Assembly (NCBI GenBank): GCA_900321845.1
Contig: ONXT01000253.1
Coordinates: 1 to 35,774, forward strand
DNA length: 35,774 bases
Source: an uncultured Bacteroidales bacterium
GTDB taxonomy: Bacteria; Bacteroidota; Bacteroidia; Bacteroidales; WCHB1-69
Reading direction: 5' to 3'
Position numbers and translations under genes: made by a program. Below are positions 8,559 through 16,571 of this stretch, one piece after another. A model generated the notes under the pieces. That model did not search any database, had not been told where the DNA came from, and saw only the letters and a list, made by a program, of their open reading frames with translations. How positions within the stretch are numbered: the first letter of the stretch is position 1; every line of letters begins with the position of its first letter.

Positions 8559-10646
8559 TCATTCATACGCAATTTTCAAAAAGCCGTTTTTCGAGGTGGA
8601 ATAGCACGGAATCTGGTATGCCAGACAGGAATCCACCCATCGGTTTTCGTAATAATTGGAGCAGGATTCGTCAATAATGATGCGTTTGCAATGGAAGGTT
8701 TTCAATAGTTTGCACATCGGAACTTTCGGATTATCACGGAGATACAGATAATCCACCGCCAAAGGAACCGAACGCGGATAGATCCACTCCTTGCCCGACA
8801 AAATGTAAATGGAGGTCTTGCCGGCCAAAATGAAATTCCCGATTTTGCACGCACTGCCTGCTACAAAGGAACTATCCAACAAGAGTTTCCGACTTGAAAT
8901 CCGCTCATGCAACTCATGATTACGAATGTTGAAATTATAGCAAAAAGGACTGTTCAAGGCGGAAGAATCCATCAACAAAATAGAACGCCCGCCTTGATTC
9001 ACTCCTATGGCTGTCATCTTCGGTACTGAATAAATTGTAATAGAGTAATTTTCAATGGATTGAATCTTGCTATAACAGAAAGAAAGTCCAAGCACCATGC
9101 CAAAAATCAGCATAGCGAACTTGGAAAATTTGGATTTTCTCACCCCAAAAACGAAGGCGGCGATAATAATCAGATAGAACAGAATCATCTGATACCAATT
9201 CAAGGAGATGTTGTCCGTAACGGAACCCGGCAACGAGTCAATCCCCGAAACAATTCCATTCAACAGTTTGATTTCCAACGTGAGAACTTTTCCAATGAGA
9301 TTTGAAACAATTGAAAACCAAGAAGTTGCGAGCAAGGCAACACCGGTTACAACCACGGCAAACGAAAGGGCTATCACAGACAAATTGGCTAAGAGAAAAT
9401 AATTTGGGAATTGTCCGAAATAGAAAACGGACAACGGAAATGTGGCCAGTTGAGCCGAAATCGAAACGGCGGTAAGTTCCCAAAAGTAATTGAAAATTTT
9501 AGTCCGCGGCTTATAGAGCGCAACGATTTTGGGTTGAAAGATGACGATCCCGAAGACTGCCAGATAGCTCATTTCGAAGCCTATCTCAAAGATTAACAAG
9601 GGGTTCAATAGAAGAAGAAGAAAAAGGGAGGCGAAAAGACTGTGAAAAATAGTGACCGGGCGGCGCAGCAATCCACCGATGGTGACGAAAGTGAACATCG
9701 TAGCAGCACGCTTTACAGAGGGAGACAGTCCGGTAATCTGGGCATAGAACCAAATGGAGAGTAGCAGCAGAAGCGCTTTCAGCCAGCTGAGCTTGCGCGA
9801 ATAATCCAATGGTTTCAATAAGAAGTTGATAATCATAAAGATAATGCCAACGTGCATTCCAGAAACGCACAAAATATGGCTGACTCCGGCTGAAGAATAG
9901 CGCGCTTTCAACTCGGGTTCCATCGTCTCGTCATTGCCCAAAAGCACTGCTGTAATGACCGAGTATTCATCGCCTTGTAAACCATTTTTGGCAAAAAGGT
10001 CGGAAAAATGATGTTGAAGATGATAGGCGAAATCGCGGATGCAGTTAGTGGAATGCGATGCCAGTAATGTCCAGGAATTTTCAGCAACATAACCTGTATA
10101 ATAAATGCCTTTTCTTCTTAGAAATAATTGATTATCAAACGAATAAGGATTCTTGGGCGGTAGAATCGGATTGATGATGGTGCTGATTAAAAGCTCATCA
10201 CCATTTTGAAGAGAGAGCGCGGCGGAATCCTTGTGTAAATAGAAAATTGACTTTGCACCAATGAAAAAACCGGATGAATCTTGCGCAATTTCTGCGACAA
10301 TTTTTACACTTTTGGCCTTTTCCACAGGAGGCTCAGTGATGAAAACAGTGAAAAATCTGCAGTTTTTTAAATGTGCCTCCTGGACTTCATCGATGGAAGA
10401 ATGAAAGTGAAAACTGGTGGACAACACCCCCAACATACCGGCAACCACTATCGGACCAACCTCCGCCACCCATCGGAGGCCATAGGGTAGTATTATAAAT
10501 AATAAGCTGAAAATCAATAATATAACAATAATAATGCCTCCAAAAAGAAGTAGATTTTGAATCTTAAAATCAAGGAAATAAACTAAAAAAATGCCCAAAA
10601 TGTAAGGCAACAGCAATTTTAGAATCGGGTAGTTTTGAATGTTCAT
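8559..10646 (-). CDS. comEC: ComEC/Rec2-family DNA internalisation channel protein
   Basis: 695 aa. N-terminal TM helices plus an OB-like segment, then a central polytopic competence domain (GVSHILCVSGMHVGII, many TM helices). The C-terminal ~170 aa resembles a metallo-beta-lactamase fold but lacks an HxHxDH motif. Confidence 0.85.
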   Translation of the reverse strand: MNIQNYPILKLLLPYILGIFLVYFLDFKIQNLLLFGGIIIVILLIFSLLFIILPYGLRWVAEVGPIVVAGMLGVLSTSFHFHSSIDEVQEAHLKNCRFFTVFITEPPVEKAKSVKIVAEIAQDSSGFFIGAKSIFYLHKDSAALSLQNGDELLISTIINPILPPKNPYSFDNQLFLRRKGIYYTGYVAENSWTLLASHSTNCIRDFAYHLQHHFSDLFAKNGLQGDEYSVITAVLLGNDETMEPELKARYSSAGVSHILCVSGMHVGIIFMIINFLLKPLDYSRKLSWLKALLLLLSIWFYAQITGLSPSVKRAATMFTFVTIGGLLRRPVTIFHSLFASLFLLLLLNPLLIFEIGFEMSYLAVFGIVIFQPKIVALYKPRTKIFNYFWELTAVSISAQLATFPLSVFYFGQFPNYFLLANLSVIALSFAVVVTGVALLATSWFSIVSNLIGKVLTLEIKLLNGIVSGIDSLPGSVTDNISLNWYQMILFYLIIIAAFVFGVRKSKFSKFAMLIFGMVLGLSFCYSKIQSIENYSITIYSVPKMTAIGVNQGGRSILLMDSSALNSPFCYNFNIRNHELHERISSRKLLLDSSFVAGSACKIGNFILAGKTSIYILSGKEWIYPRSVPLAVDYLYLRDNPKVPMCKLLKTFHCKRIIIDESCSNYYENRWVDSCLAYQIPCYSTSKNGFLKIAYE

Positions 10647-10870
10647 AATCTAATTATTAGTACACGAAGATAACCATTTTTTTCGAGTAAAAAAGGGAGG
10701 AGAAAGGGCAATTTATCTGGTGCTTTCGGGGTAAAAAATGCAGATTATGGATTAAAAAATGCATTTTTCAGGGATAAAGCAGAAAATCAGTGGTTTTTTG
10801 AAGATTTTCAATGAAAAAGATGCATTTTGAGGCCTTTTAGAAAATAGGTACTTCAAAATGAAAATTTTTA

Positions 10871-10878
10871 TAATTTTG
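10871..10878 (+). promoter_or_regulatory. Bacteroidota -7 promoter box (TAATTTTG) for the LytTR regulator gene
   Basis: Exact match to TAnnTTTG, 57 nt upstream of the ATG at 10935. I found no clean TTTG -33 element. Confidence 0.4.
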
Positions 10879-10934
10879 TCGCACCATCATTCGACTTTTC
10901 GAACCTTTAATTATTCAACCCAAAATTTTTAGTT

Positions 10935-11684
10935 ATGAAGAAAATTACTTGTTGTTATTTTCTGAATGATGCAAAATTGGAGGCGAAGCTTCTTGAGTGC
11001 ATCAAACCATTTGACACTATTGAGTTAGTGGAAGTTTTTAAAAACGACGTAGAGATGATTGAACGTTTGAGCGATTTGAAACCGAGCCTGATGTTCATCA
11101 ACTGCGACTTGGACAAATTCAATGCGATTGAACTGATGAAAATCATTCCAAGACCCCCGTTTACCATTGCGATTACACAAAAGAAAGAGATGGTGGCGAA
11201 TCTGATTGATGCTGGCTACTTCGACTATCTTGAACCATCCTTGGACACAAAAATATTTTGGAAAAAGTTCAGCAGAATATTAGGAATCATACGTTATTTC
11301 TCTCAAAATGAACAGGTTAGGGAATCAAGCAACCCGTATCGAAAATCTAAAACAAAGAAAAATGCAAAGATGTACACGATGGTCAAGCACCAAAAATCCC
11401 ATACGAGAATATGTGTCAATGACATCTTGTATGTAAAGAATGCCGGGAACTGCCTTCGCATCGAGAATTGCAATGGGGTTATTCTCTACCACAACTCAAC
11501 GATGAAACAATTCTATGAACTGCTGCCACACGATCAATTTGTAAGAATCAACAAATCGATAATCGTGAATTATGCTAAAATTGAAAAATTTGAACATAAC
11601 ACAATCTATATCAAGAACTTATCTTTCCCTGTATCGCGAGCATACACGAACAATATCAAGGATATGTTTCGCCAACTGGGATAA
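10935..11684 (+). CDS. LytTR-family DNA-binding regulator with degenerate receiver-like N-terminal domain
   Basis: 249 aa. The C-terminal LytTR domain reads ICVNDILYVKNAGNCLRIENCNGVILYHNSTMKQFYELLPHDQFVRINKSIIVNYAKIEKF. The N-terminal ~120 aa has the CheY-like alternation of secondary-structure elements, but conserved acidic and Lys positions look substituted (see findings). Confidence 0.8.
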   Translation: MKKITCCYFLNDAKLEAKLLECIKPFDTIELVEVFKNDVEMIERLSDLKPSLMFINCDLDKFNAIELMKIIPRPPFTIAITQKKEMVANLIDAGYFDYLEPSLDTKIFWKKFSRILGIIRYFSQNEQVRESSNPYRKSKTKKNAKMYTMVKHQKSHTRICVNDILYVKNAGNCLRIENCNGVILYHNSTMKQFYELLPHDQFVRINKSIIVNYAKIEKFEHNTIYIKNLSFPVSRAYTNNIKDMFRQLG

Positions 11685-11763
11685 AATCGAATAACGTTTC
11701 AACTCCCGACTACGAACTGTGGGGAACAGATGATGTCGGGGAGGTATTCTCAGACTGAAGGAA

Positions 11764-13638
11764 TTACTTCCGGAGGAAAATAATCAGTGCTGCAATGTCC
11801 GAGGGGCTTACGCCGCTGACTCTTGAGGCTTGTCCTAAATTCAACGGGCGAATCCGAGTTAGCTTTTCGCGCGCCTCTTTAGATAAAAACACAAGCGATT
11901 GGTAGTCGATTCCGCGGGGGATTTTAACGTTCTCCAGATTCTCCATCCGTTTAACCATCTCCTCCTCCTTTTGAATATAGGCGGCATACTTCACATCGAT
12001 TTCCGCATGTGTCAGCACCAACTCAGGAGCATTGAATTTTGATAGGTCGTTTCGGAGCGAAAGGGAGTATTTCATCAAATCAGTAAGGTACACTTGGGGG
12101 CGGCGAAGAAGCACCTCGTATTTAGTCTTCTGCGTGAGGACTGGGGTTCCAAGTAATTCCAAATAGGGATTGACCTCATCGGGAATGGCATTGTGGGTTT
12201 GAAGATAGCCGACCACATCGGATTGCAAGGCGTATTTGGAAAGTGTCTTTTGGTAACGCTCTTCGTCAATAAGCCCTAATTCATGGCCAATGGGGGTGAG
12301 CCGCTTATCCGCATTATCCTGACGGAGCAGTGTTCGGTATTCGGCACGGGAAGTGAACATCCGATAAGGATCCTGCACCCCTTTCGTAATCAAGTCATCA
12401 ATGAGCACGCCGATGTAGGCCGCATGTCTGCCCAGCACCAAGGGAGGTTGACCTTTTAGGGAGCGAACCGCGTTGATACCCGCTACCAAGCCTTGGCAGG
12501 CAGCCTCCTCATATCCAGTGGTTCCATTCACCTGACCAGCAAGGTAAAGGTTGGGGATCAATTTCGATTCGAGGGAGAAATCCAATTGGGTGGGATCGAA
12601 GTAATCATACTCGATGGCGTAACCAGGTTTCAGGACCGTCGCGTTTTCCAAGCCGGGAATGTGGTGCAATGCCTCCACCTGCACCTCTTCGGGAAGCGAA
12701 GAAGAGAAACCGTTCAAGTAAAATTCATTGGTATTGCGCCCCTCCGGTTCAAGAAAAAGCTGGTGACGGTTTTTATCAGCGAATCGCTCAATTTTATCTT
12801 CGATAGATGGACAGTAACGCGGGCCCACCCCCTGTATCCTTCCTTGGAACATCGGAGAAAACGGGAAACCGGTCCTAAGAATGTCATGTACGGTTTCGTT
12901 CGTATAGGTGATGTAGCAGCTCAGTTGGTGGGTGAGTCGAGGGGTGTCGGTATAGGAGAATCGTCCGGGGAACTCGTCGCCGGGCTGTTCCTCCATTTTT
13001 GAAAAATCGATGGTTCTGCCATCAAGGCGTACCGGAGTACCCGTCTTCAACTTCTCGGTCCGTACACCCACACTCTTAATCTGGTCGGAAAGATTCAGGG
13101 CGGCCATCTCGCCAAGTCGACCGCCGGAAAAGTTCACCTCACCAATATGTATTCTCCCATTGAGGAAAGTACCGGCCGTGATAATCACCTTTTGAGCAGA
13201 GATGGATTTTCCCTCCTGCGTAAGAACTCCCGCCACTCCCCTATCGGTCATCTGCAAAGTGGTCACCACATCCTGACGGAGGTCGAGGTTGGGTTGGTTC
13301 TCGAGAATATGCTTCCAGAAGAGAGAGAACTGCTGTTTGTCGCATTGGGCTCTTGGGCTCCACATGGCCGGCCCTTTGGAACGATTAAGCAGCCGGAACT
13401 GGATCATCGTATGATCGGTGACGATACCTGTCATACCTCCGAGCGCATCTATTTCCCGGACAATCTGTCCCTTGGCGATTCCGCCTATGGCAGGATTGCA
13501 TGACATCTGAGCCACCAAATAGAGGTTCATGGAGATGAGGAGAGTACGTGCACCCAACTTTGCCGAAGCCACTGCTGCCTCACAACCGGCATGTCCGGCC
13601 CCCACCACAATCACATCGTATGACAAATCCGTTTTCAC
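11764..13638 (-). CDS. mnmG: tRNA uridine-5-carboxymethylaminomethyl(34) synthesis enzyme MnmG (GidA)
   Basis: 624 aa. FAD motif [16 protein letters not shown], plus [11 protein letters not shown] and the [13 protein letters not shown] blocks typical of MnmG. Confidence 0.97.
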   Translation of the reverse strand: MKTDLSYDVIVVGAGHAGCEAAVASAKLGARTLLISMNLYLVAQMSCNPAIGGIAKGQIVREIDALGGMTGIVTDHTMIQFRLLNRSKGPAMWSPRAQCDKQQFSLFWKHILENQPNLDLRQDVVTTLQMTDRGVAGVLTQEGKSISAQKVIITAGTFLNGRIHIGEVNFSGGRLGEMAALNLSDQIKSVGVRTEKLKTGTPVRLDGRTIDFSKMEEQPGDEFPGRFSYTDTPRLTHQLSCYITYTNETVHDILRTGFPFSPMFQGRIQGVGPRYCPSIEDKIERFADKNRHQLFLEPEGRNTNEFYLNGFSSSLPEEVQVEALHHIPGLENATVLKPGYAIEYDYFDPTQLDFSLESKLIPNLYLAGQVNGTTGYEEAACQGLVAGINAVRSLKGQPPLVLGRHAAYIGVLIDDLITKGVQDPYRMFTSRAEYRTLLRQDNADKRLTPIGHELGLIDEERYQKTLSKYALQSDVVGYLQTHNAIPDEVNPYLELLGTPVLTQKTKYEVLLRRPQVYLTDLMKYSLSLRNDLSKFNAPELVLTHAEIDVKYAAYIQKEEEMVKRMENLENVKIPRGIDYQSLVFLSKEAREKLTRIRPLNLGQASRVSGVSPSDIAALIIFLRK

Positions 13639-13670
13639 GTGAAAAAAAATCGTAATTTATTTATAATCAC

Positions 13671-14099
13671 TTAGTTACATGATATTTGTGATGAGAAAAG
13701 AGAAATCGCGAAGTTCTCCTTCTCCCTCATCTGGGCAGCGTCAGCATCGGTCTTGTCCTTATAACCGCAAAGATGCAAAACGCCATGCGACAACACCCGC
13801 TTCAACTCATTTTCAAAATCGACTTGATAAATCCGGGCGTTCTCACGAACCCGCTCGGTGCTGATGTAAATGTCGCCATTCAAAATCTTCCCCTCCACAT
13901 AATCGAAGGTGATGATGTCGGTATAGGTGTCGTGTTGCAAATACTGCTGGTTGACTCCCAACAGGTATTCATCATCGCAAAAAATGTAATTGATATCACC
14001 GATTTTATACCCCTCCAACGCAGCCAACTCTTTCAACCACCTCTTGTACAGAAGTTTTTGACGCAGATTGAAATCATTTAATGAATTGAAAAGAATCAT
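13671..14099 (-). CDS. ybeY: rRNA maturation endoribonuclease YbeY
   Basis: 142 aa. Metal-binding motif HGVLHLCGYKD near the C-terminus. Size is typical. Confidence 0.92.
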   Translation of the reverse strand: MILFNSLNDFNLRQKLLYKRWLKELAALEGYKIGDINYIFCDDEYLLGVNQQYLQHDTYTDIITFDYVEGKILNGDIYISTERVRENARIYQVDFENELKRVLSHGVLHLCGYKDKTDADAAQMREKENFAISLFSSQISCN

Positions 14100-14202
14100 A
14101 GGGCTGGATGTTGACTAAGTATTAAACGTTGACTGCCATCACATAAGGAAAGATGCTTCTCAGCGCAGTCGAATGATGCAATGACACATATTAATTAAAA
14201 AG

Positions 14203-14274
14203 TAGCCCCGCCGGGAATCGAACCCGAATTTAAGGTTTAGGAAACCTTCGTTCTATCCATTGAACTACAAGGCC
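14203..14274 (-). tRNA. tRNA-Arg (anticodon CCT)
   Basis: Folded by hand on the minus strand: GGCCTTG TA GTTC AATGGATA GAAC G AAGGT TTCCTAA ACCTT AAAT TCGGG TTCGATT CCCGG CGGGGCT A. D, anticodon and T stems pair fully, and the T-loop is TTCGATT. The acceptor stem pairs only with three G-U wobbles. No encoded CCA. Confidence 0.85.
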
Positions 14275-14286
14275 AATTCAAGGCGG

Positions 14287-14294
14287 CAAAAGTA
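14287..14294 (-). promoter_or_regulatory. -7 promoter box (TACTTTTG on minus strand) upstream of tRNA-Arg
   Basis: The + strand reads CAAAAGTA, the reverse complement of TAnnTTTG. It lies 12 nt upstream of the tRNA 5' end. Confidence 0.5.
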
Positions 14295-14301
14295 CAAAAA
14301 A

Positions 14302-14847
14302 TTATTGACTCTGTCCTTGACGCTCATGAAAAGCTCCATCGAACTCATTAAGCAAGGCAGCCAATAAATCCTTGGAAGATAGATCCTCGCCCTTCAAAAC
14401 CATGTTGGCACGGGAATAGTATTTTTCACGTGAAAACAAAGTCTCTTCTATATAGGCCAACAATTCCGCCTCACTCTTCCCAAGTAAGAGAGGCCGCTTC
14501 CTTTTGGAATTTAAAATCCTATTACACAATGATTTAGGAGATAATTTAATATAAATTGAAAACGCCCTTTCCACTATGGTATCCATCGTATCGAAAAAAC
14601 AGGGTGTGCCGCCCCCCGTAGAAATTACCGACTCTCCCCTACCCAACAACTCTAAAAAAAGACTTCTTTCGCAAATTCGAAACGCATTTTCACCATATTT
14701 TTGAAAAAATGCCATGATGGAAATGGAATACCGCTTCTCCAATTCAGCGTCCAAATCGTAAAAAGTCAGCCCCAAACACGCTGCAAGACGTTTACCCAAC
14801 GTGCTCTTGCCTGAACCTGAAAACCCAACTAATACTATCGGTTTCAT
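14302..14847 (-). CDS. aroK: Shikimate kinase
   Basis: I place the start at the internal Met (MKPIVLVGFSGSGKSTLGKRLA, ATG at 14847), giving 181 aa. It has a Walker A motif, a DLD motif and STGGGTP. The tracked ORF's 50-aa N-terminal extension runs through tRNA-Cys and is rejected. Confidence 0.9.
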   Translation of the reverse strand: MKPIVLVGFSGSGKSTLGKRLAACLGLTFYDLDAELEKRYSISIMAFFQKYGENAFRICERSLFLELLGRGESVISTGGGTPCFFDTMDTIVERAFSIYIKLSPKSLCNRILNSKRKRPLLLGKSEAELLAYIEETLFSREKYYSRANMVLKGEDLSSKDLLAALLNEFDGAFHERQGQSQ

Positions 14848-14894
14848 TCTAATAAAAAAACCTATTGCATTGAAACACAATAGGTTTTGAGTTG

Positions 14895-14965
14895 AGGTCA
14901 CGAGCAGAATCGAACTGCTGTAACTGGTTTTGCAGACCAGCGCCTGACCACTCGGCCACATGACC
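14895..14965 (-). tRNA. tRNA-Cys (anticodon GCA)
   Basis: Minus strand: GGTCATG TG GCC GAGTGGTCA GGC G CTGGT CTGCAAA ACCAG TTAC AGCAG TTCGATT CTGCT CGTGACC T. The acceptor stem is 7 bp with one G-U. Discriminator U73 is the known Cys identity element. Confidence 0.9.
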
Positions 14966-14976
14966 TTTCGAGACTG

Positions 14977-14984
14977 CAAAAATA
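14977..14984 (-). promoter_or_regulatory. -7 promoter box (TATTTTTG on minus strand) upstream of tRNA-Cys
   Basis: The + strand reads CAAAAATA. It lies 11 nt upstream of the tRNA 5' end. Confidence 0.5.
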
Positions 14985-15054
14985 CAAAAATATTCATTCA
15001 ATCCAACATTGGGAAAAAGTTTTTTTTAAAGAGAGTAGTTATTCAAAAAAAATG

Positions 15055-15062
15055 TATTTTTG
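15055..15062 (+). promoter_or_regulatory. -7 promoter box (TATTTTTG) for the Cys-rich lipoprotein gene
   Basis: Exact TAnnTTTG match, 50 nt upstream of the ATG at 15112. Confidence 0.5.
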
Positions 15063-15111
15063 CACCCTCAAAATTTTGAATACCAATTATTAATCAAAAT
15101 CAATTATCACA

Positions 15112-15612
15112 ATGAAAAAATTAATGTTACTTGCTGCTGCTTGCTGCTTCATTTTCGCCGCTTGCAACAATCAACCCCAAGGTGAAACCACCCCCGCCGA
15201 TTCCACAGCCGTAGCCGAAGCTCCTGCCTGCGATACCAACGCTTGCCAGAAAGAATGCTGCGAAATGATGAAAGCTTGGAATGACTGGGATAACCAAACT
15301 CCGGAACAAAAAGCAGAACTCGTTGCTAAAAGAGCTGCTAAAATCAACGAAATCCTCGCTAACATTGATGAAATCAAATGCGAAAACAAAAAGGCTGAAA
15401 TGACCAAATTCCAAGAAGAATGGAAAAACTTCGAAAGCCTGAAAGACGTTGAAGCTCAAAAAGCACTCATCGACAAATTCCCCTGCTGCAAAGGTGAAAA
15501 ATGCTGCGGAAAATGCAATGGAAAATGTGAATGCACCGCTGACAAAAACTGCGGCGATTGCAAAGGCAAATGCGAACCCAATTGCGAAGGCAAAGATTGC
15601 CAGAAAAAATAG
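15112..15612 (+). CDS. Small lipoprotein with metallothionein-like Cys/Lys/Gly-rich C-terminal tail
   Basis: 166 aa. Signal peptide with lipobox MKKLMLLAAACCFIFAAC (Cys18), a helical K/E-rich middle, and the tail PCCKGEKCCGKCNGKCECTADKNCGDCKGKCEPNCEGKDCQKK. I recognise no family. Confidence 0.7.
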   Translation: MKKLMLLAAACCFIFAACNNQPQGETTPADSTAVAEAPACDTNACQKECCEMMKAWNDWDNQTPEQKAELVAKRAAKINEILANIDEIKCENKKAEMTKFQEEWKNFESLKDVEAQKALIDKFPCCKGEKCCGKCNGKCECTADKNCGDCKGKCEPNCEGKDCQKK

Positions 15613-15636
15613 TTCTTTGAATCTTCATAAATCATA

Positions 15637-15658
15637 AAAGGTTGCTCGTCAACCTTTT
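15637..15658 (+). terminator. Putative stem-loop terminator after the Cys-rich lipoprotein gene
   Basis: AAAGGTTG-ctcgt-CAACCTTT forms an 8-bp perfect stem ending in TTTT. It sits 25 nt after the stop and directly before tRNA-Thr. The U-tract is short, so it may only attenuate. Confidence 0.4.
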
Positions 15659-15660
15659 AA

Positions 15661-15733
<73 letters not shown>

Positions 15734-15766
15734 CTTTTTTTATTTAAACAATCCAACAAACCAATA

Positions 15767-16543
15767 ATGACCGATCCTCGCCTGGAAGCTTTCAAACGGC
15801 TACTCGATATCATGGATGAACTCCGTGAAAAATGCCCGTGGGATAGTAAGCAGACCTTCGAGTCCCTCCGCTGCCTCACCATCGAAGAAACCTACGAACT
15901 GACAGATGCTATCCTTGCACAAAACCCTACGGAAATGCGTGGCGAACTCGGCGACTTGATGCTACACCTCGTCTTCTACTCCAAAATTGCCGACGAAAAA
16001 GGACAATTCAACATCACCGACGTTCTTAACGGCATCTGCGAAAAACTGATCCGCCGCCACCCCCATATCTTCAGCACCACGCAAGTCAATGATGATGAAG
16101 ACGTTAAAGTTAATTGGGAAAAAATCAAACTGAAAGAAGGAAAAAACAAAACCGTCCTCGGCGGCGTCCCGCAATCCCTGCCCGCCCTCGTCAAAGCCTA
16201 CAGAATACAGGACAAAGCACACGGCGTCGGCTTCGATTGGAATGATCCCGAACTAGTTTGGGATAAAGTAAAGGAGGAAATGGCCGAATTTAAAGCGGAA
16301 ATGGACAAAAATTCAGCCAAAAAAGAGGAGGAATTCGGCGATTTGCTGTTCGCGCTCGTCAACTACGCCCGACATCTTCATATCCACCCCGAAGACGCAC
16401 TGGAAAAAACAAACAGGAAGTTTATAAAACGTTTCCAATATATTGAAAATCAAGCCATAGCAAACGGCAAAAGCATTGCAGACTTGAGTCTGGACGAAAT
16501 GGAAAATCTTTGGCAGGAAGCCAAATCCACCTCCATCGGCTGA
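15767..16543 (+). CDS. mazG: Nucleoside triphosphate pyrophosphohydrolase MazG
   Basis: I place the start at the internal Met (MTDPRLEAFKRLLDIMDELREKCPWD, ATG at 15767), giving 258 aa. It has tandem MazG domains with EETYELTDAI and EEFGDLLFALVNYARH motifs. The tracked ORF's extension overlaps tRNA-Thr. Confidence 0.9.
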   Translation: MTDPRLEAFKRLLDIMDELREKCPWDSKQTFESLRCLTIEETYELTDAILAQNPTEMRGELGDLMLHLVFYSKIADEKGQFNITDVLNGICEKLIRRHPHIFSTTQVNDDEDVKVNWEKIKLKEGKNKTVLGGVPQSLPALVKAYRIQDKAHGVGFDWNDPELVWDKVKEEMAEFKAEMDKNSAKKEEEFGDLLFALVNYARHLHIHPEDALEKTNRKFIKRFQYIENQAIANGKSIADLSLDEMENLWQEAKSTSIG

Positions 16544-16571
16544 TTTTCCCCATCATTTAATCCTACACATT

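Noticed and set aside
14848-14997. N-terminal 50-aa extension of the tracked aroK ORF (14302..14997)
   Set aside because: The extension runs straight through a well-folding tRNA-Cys gene (14895..14965) and its promoter box. The kinase P-loop begins right after the internal Met at 14847.
14998-15111. Strand-switch point as an origin or terminus signal: about 15 kb of almost entirely minus-strand genes to the left and plus-strand genes to the right
   Set aside because: The divergent gap is only 114 bp and is fully explained by two back-to-back promoter boxes. The plus-strand run lasts only 3.4 kb before the orientation flips again.
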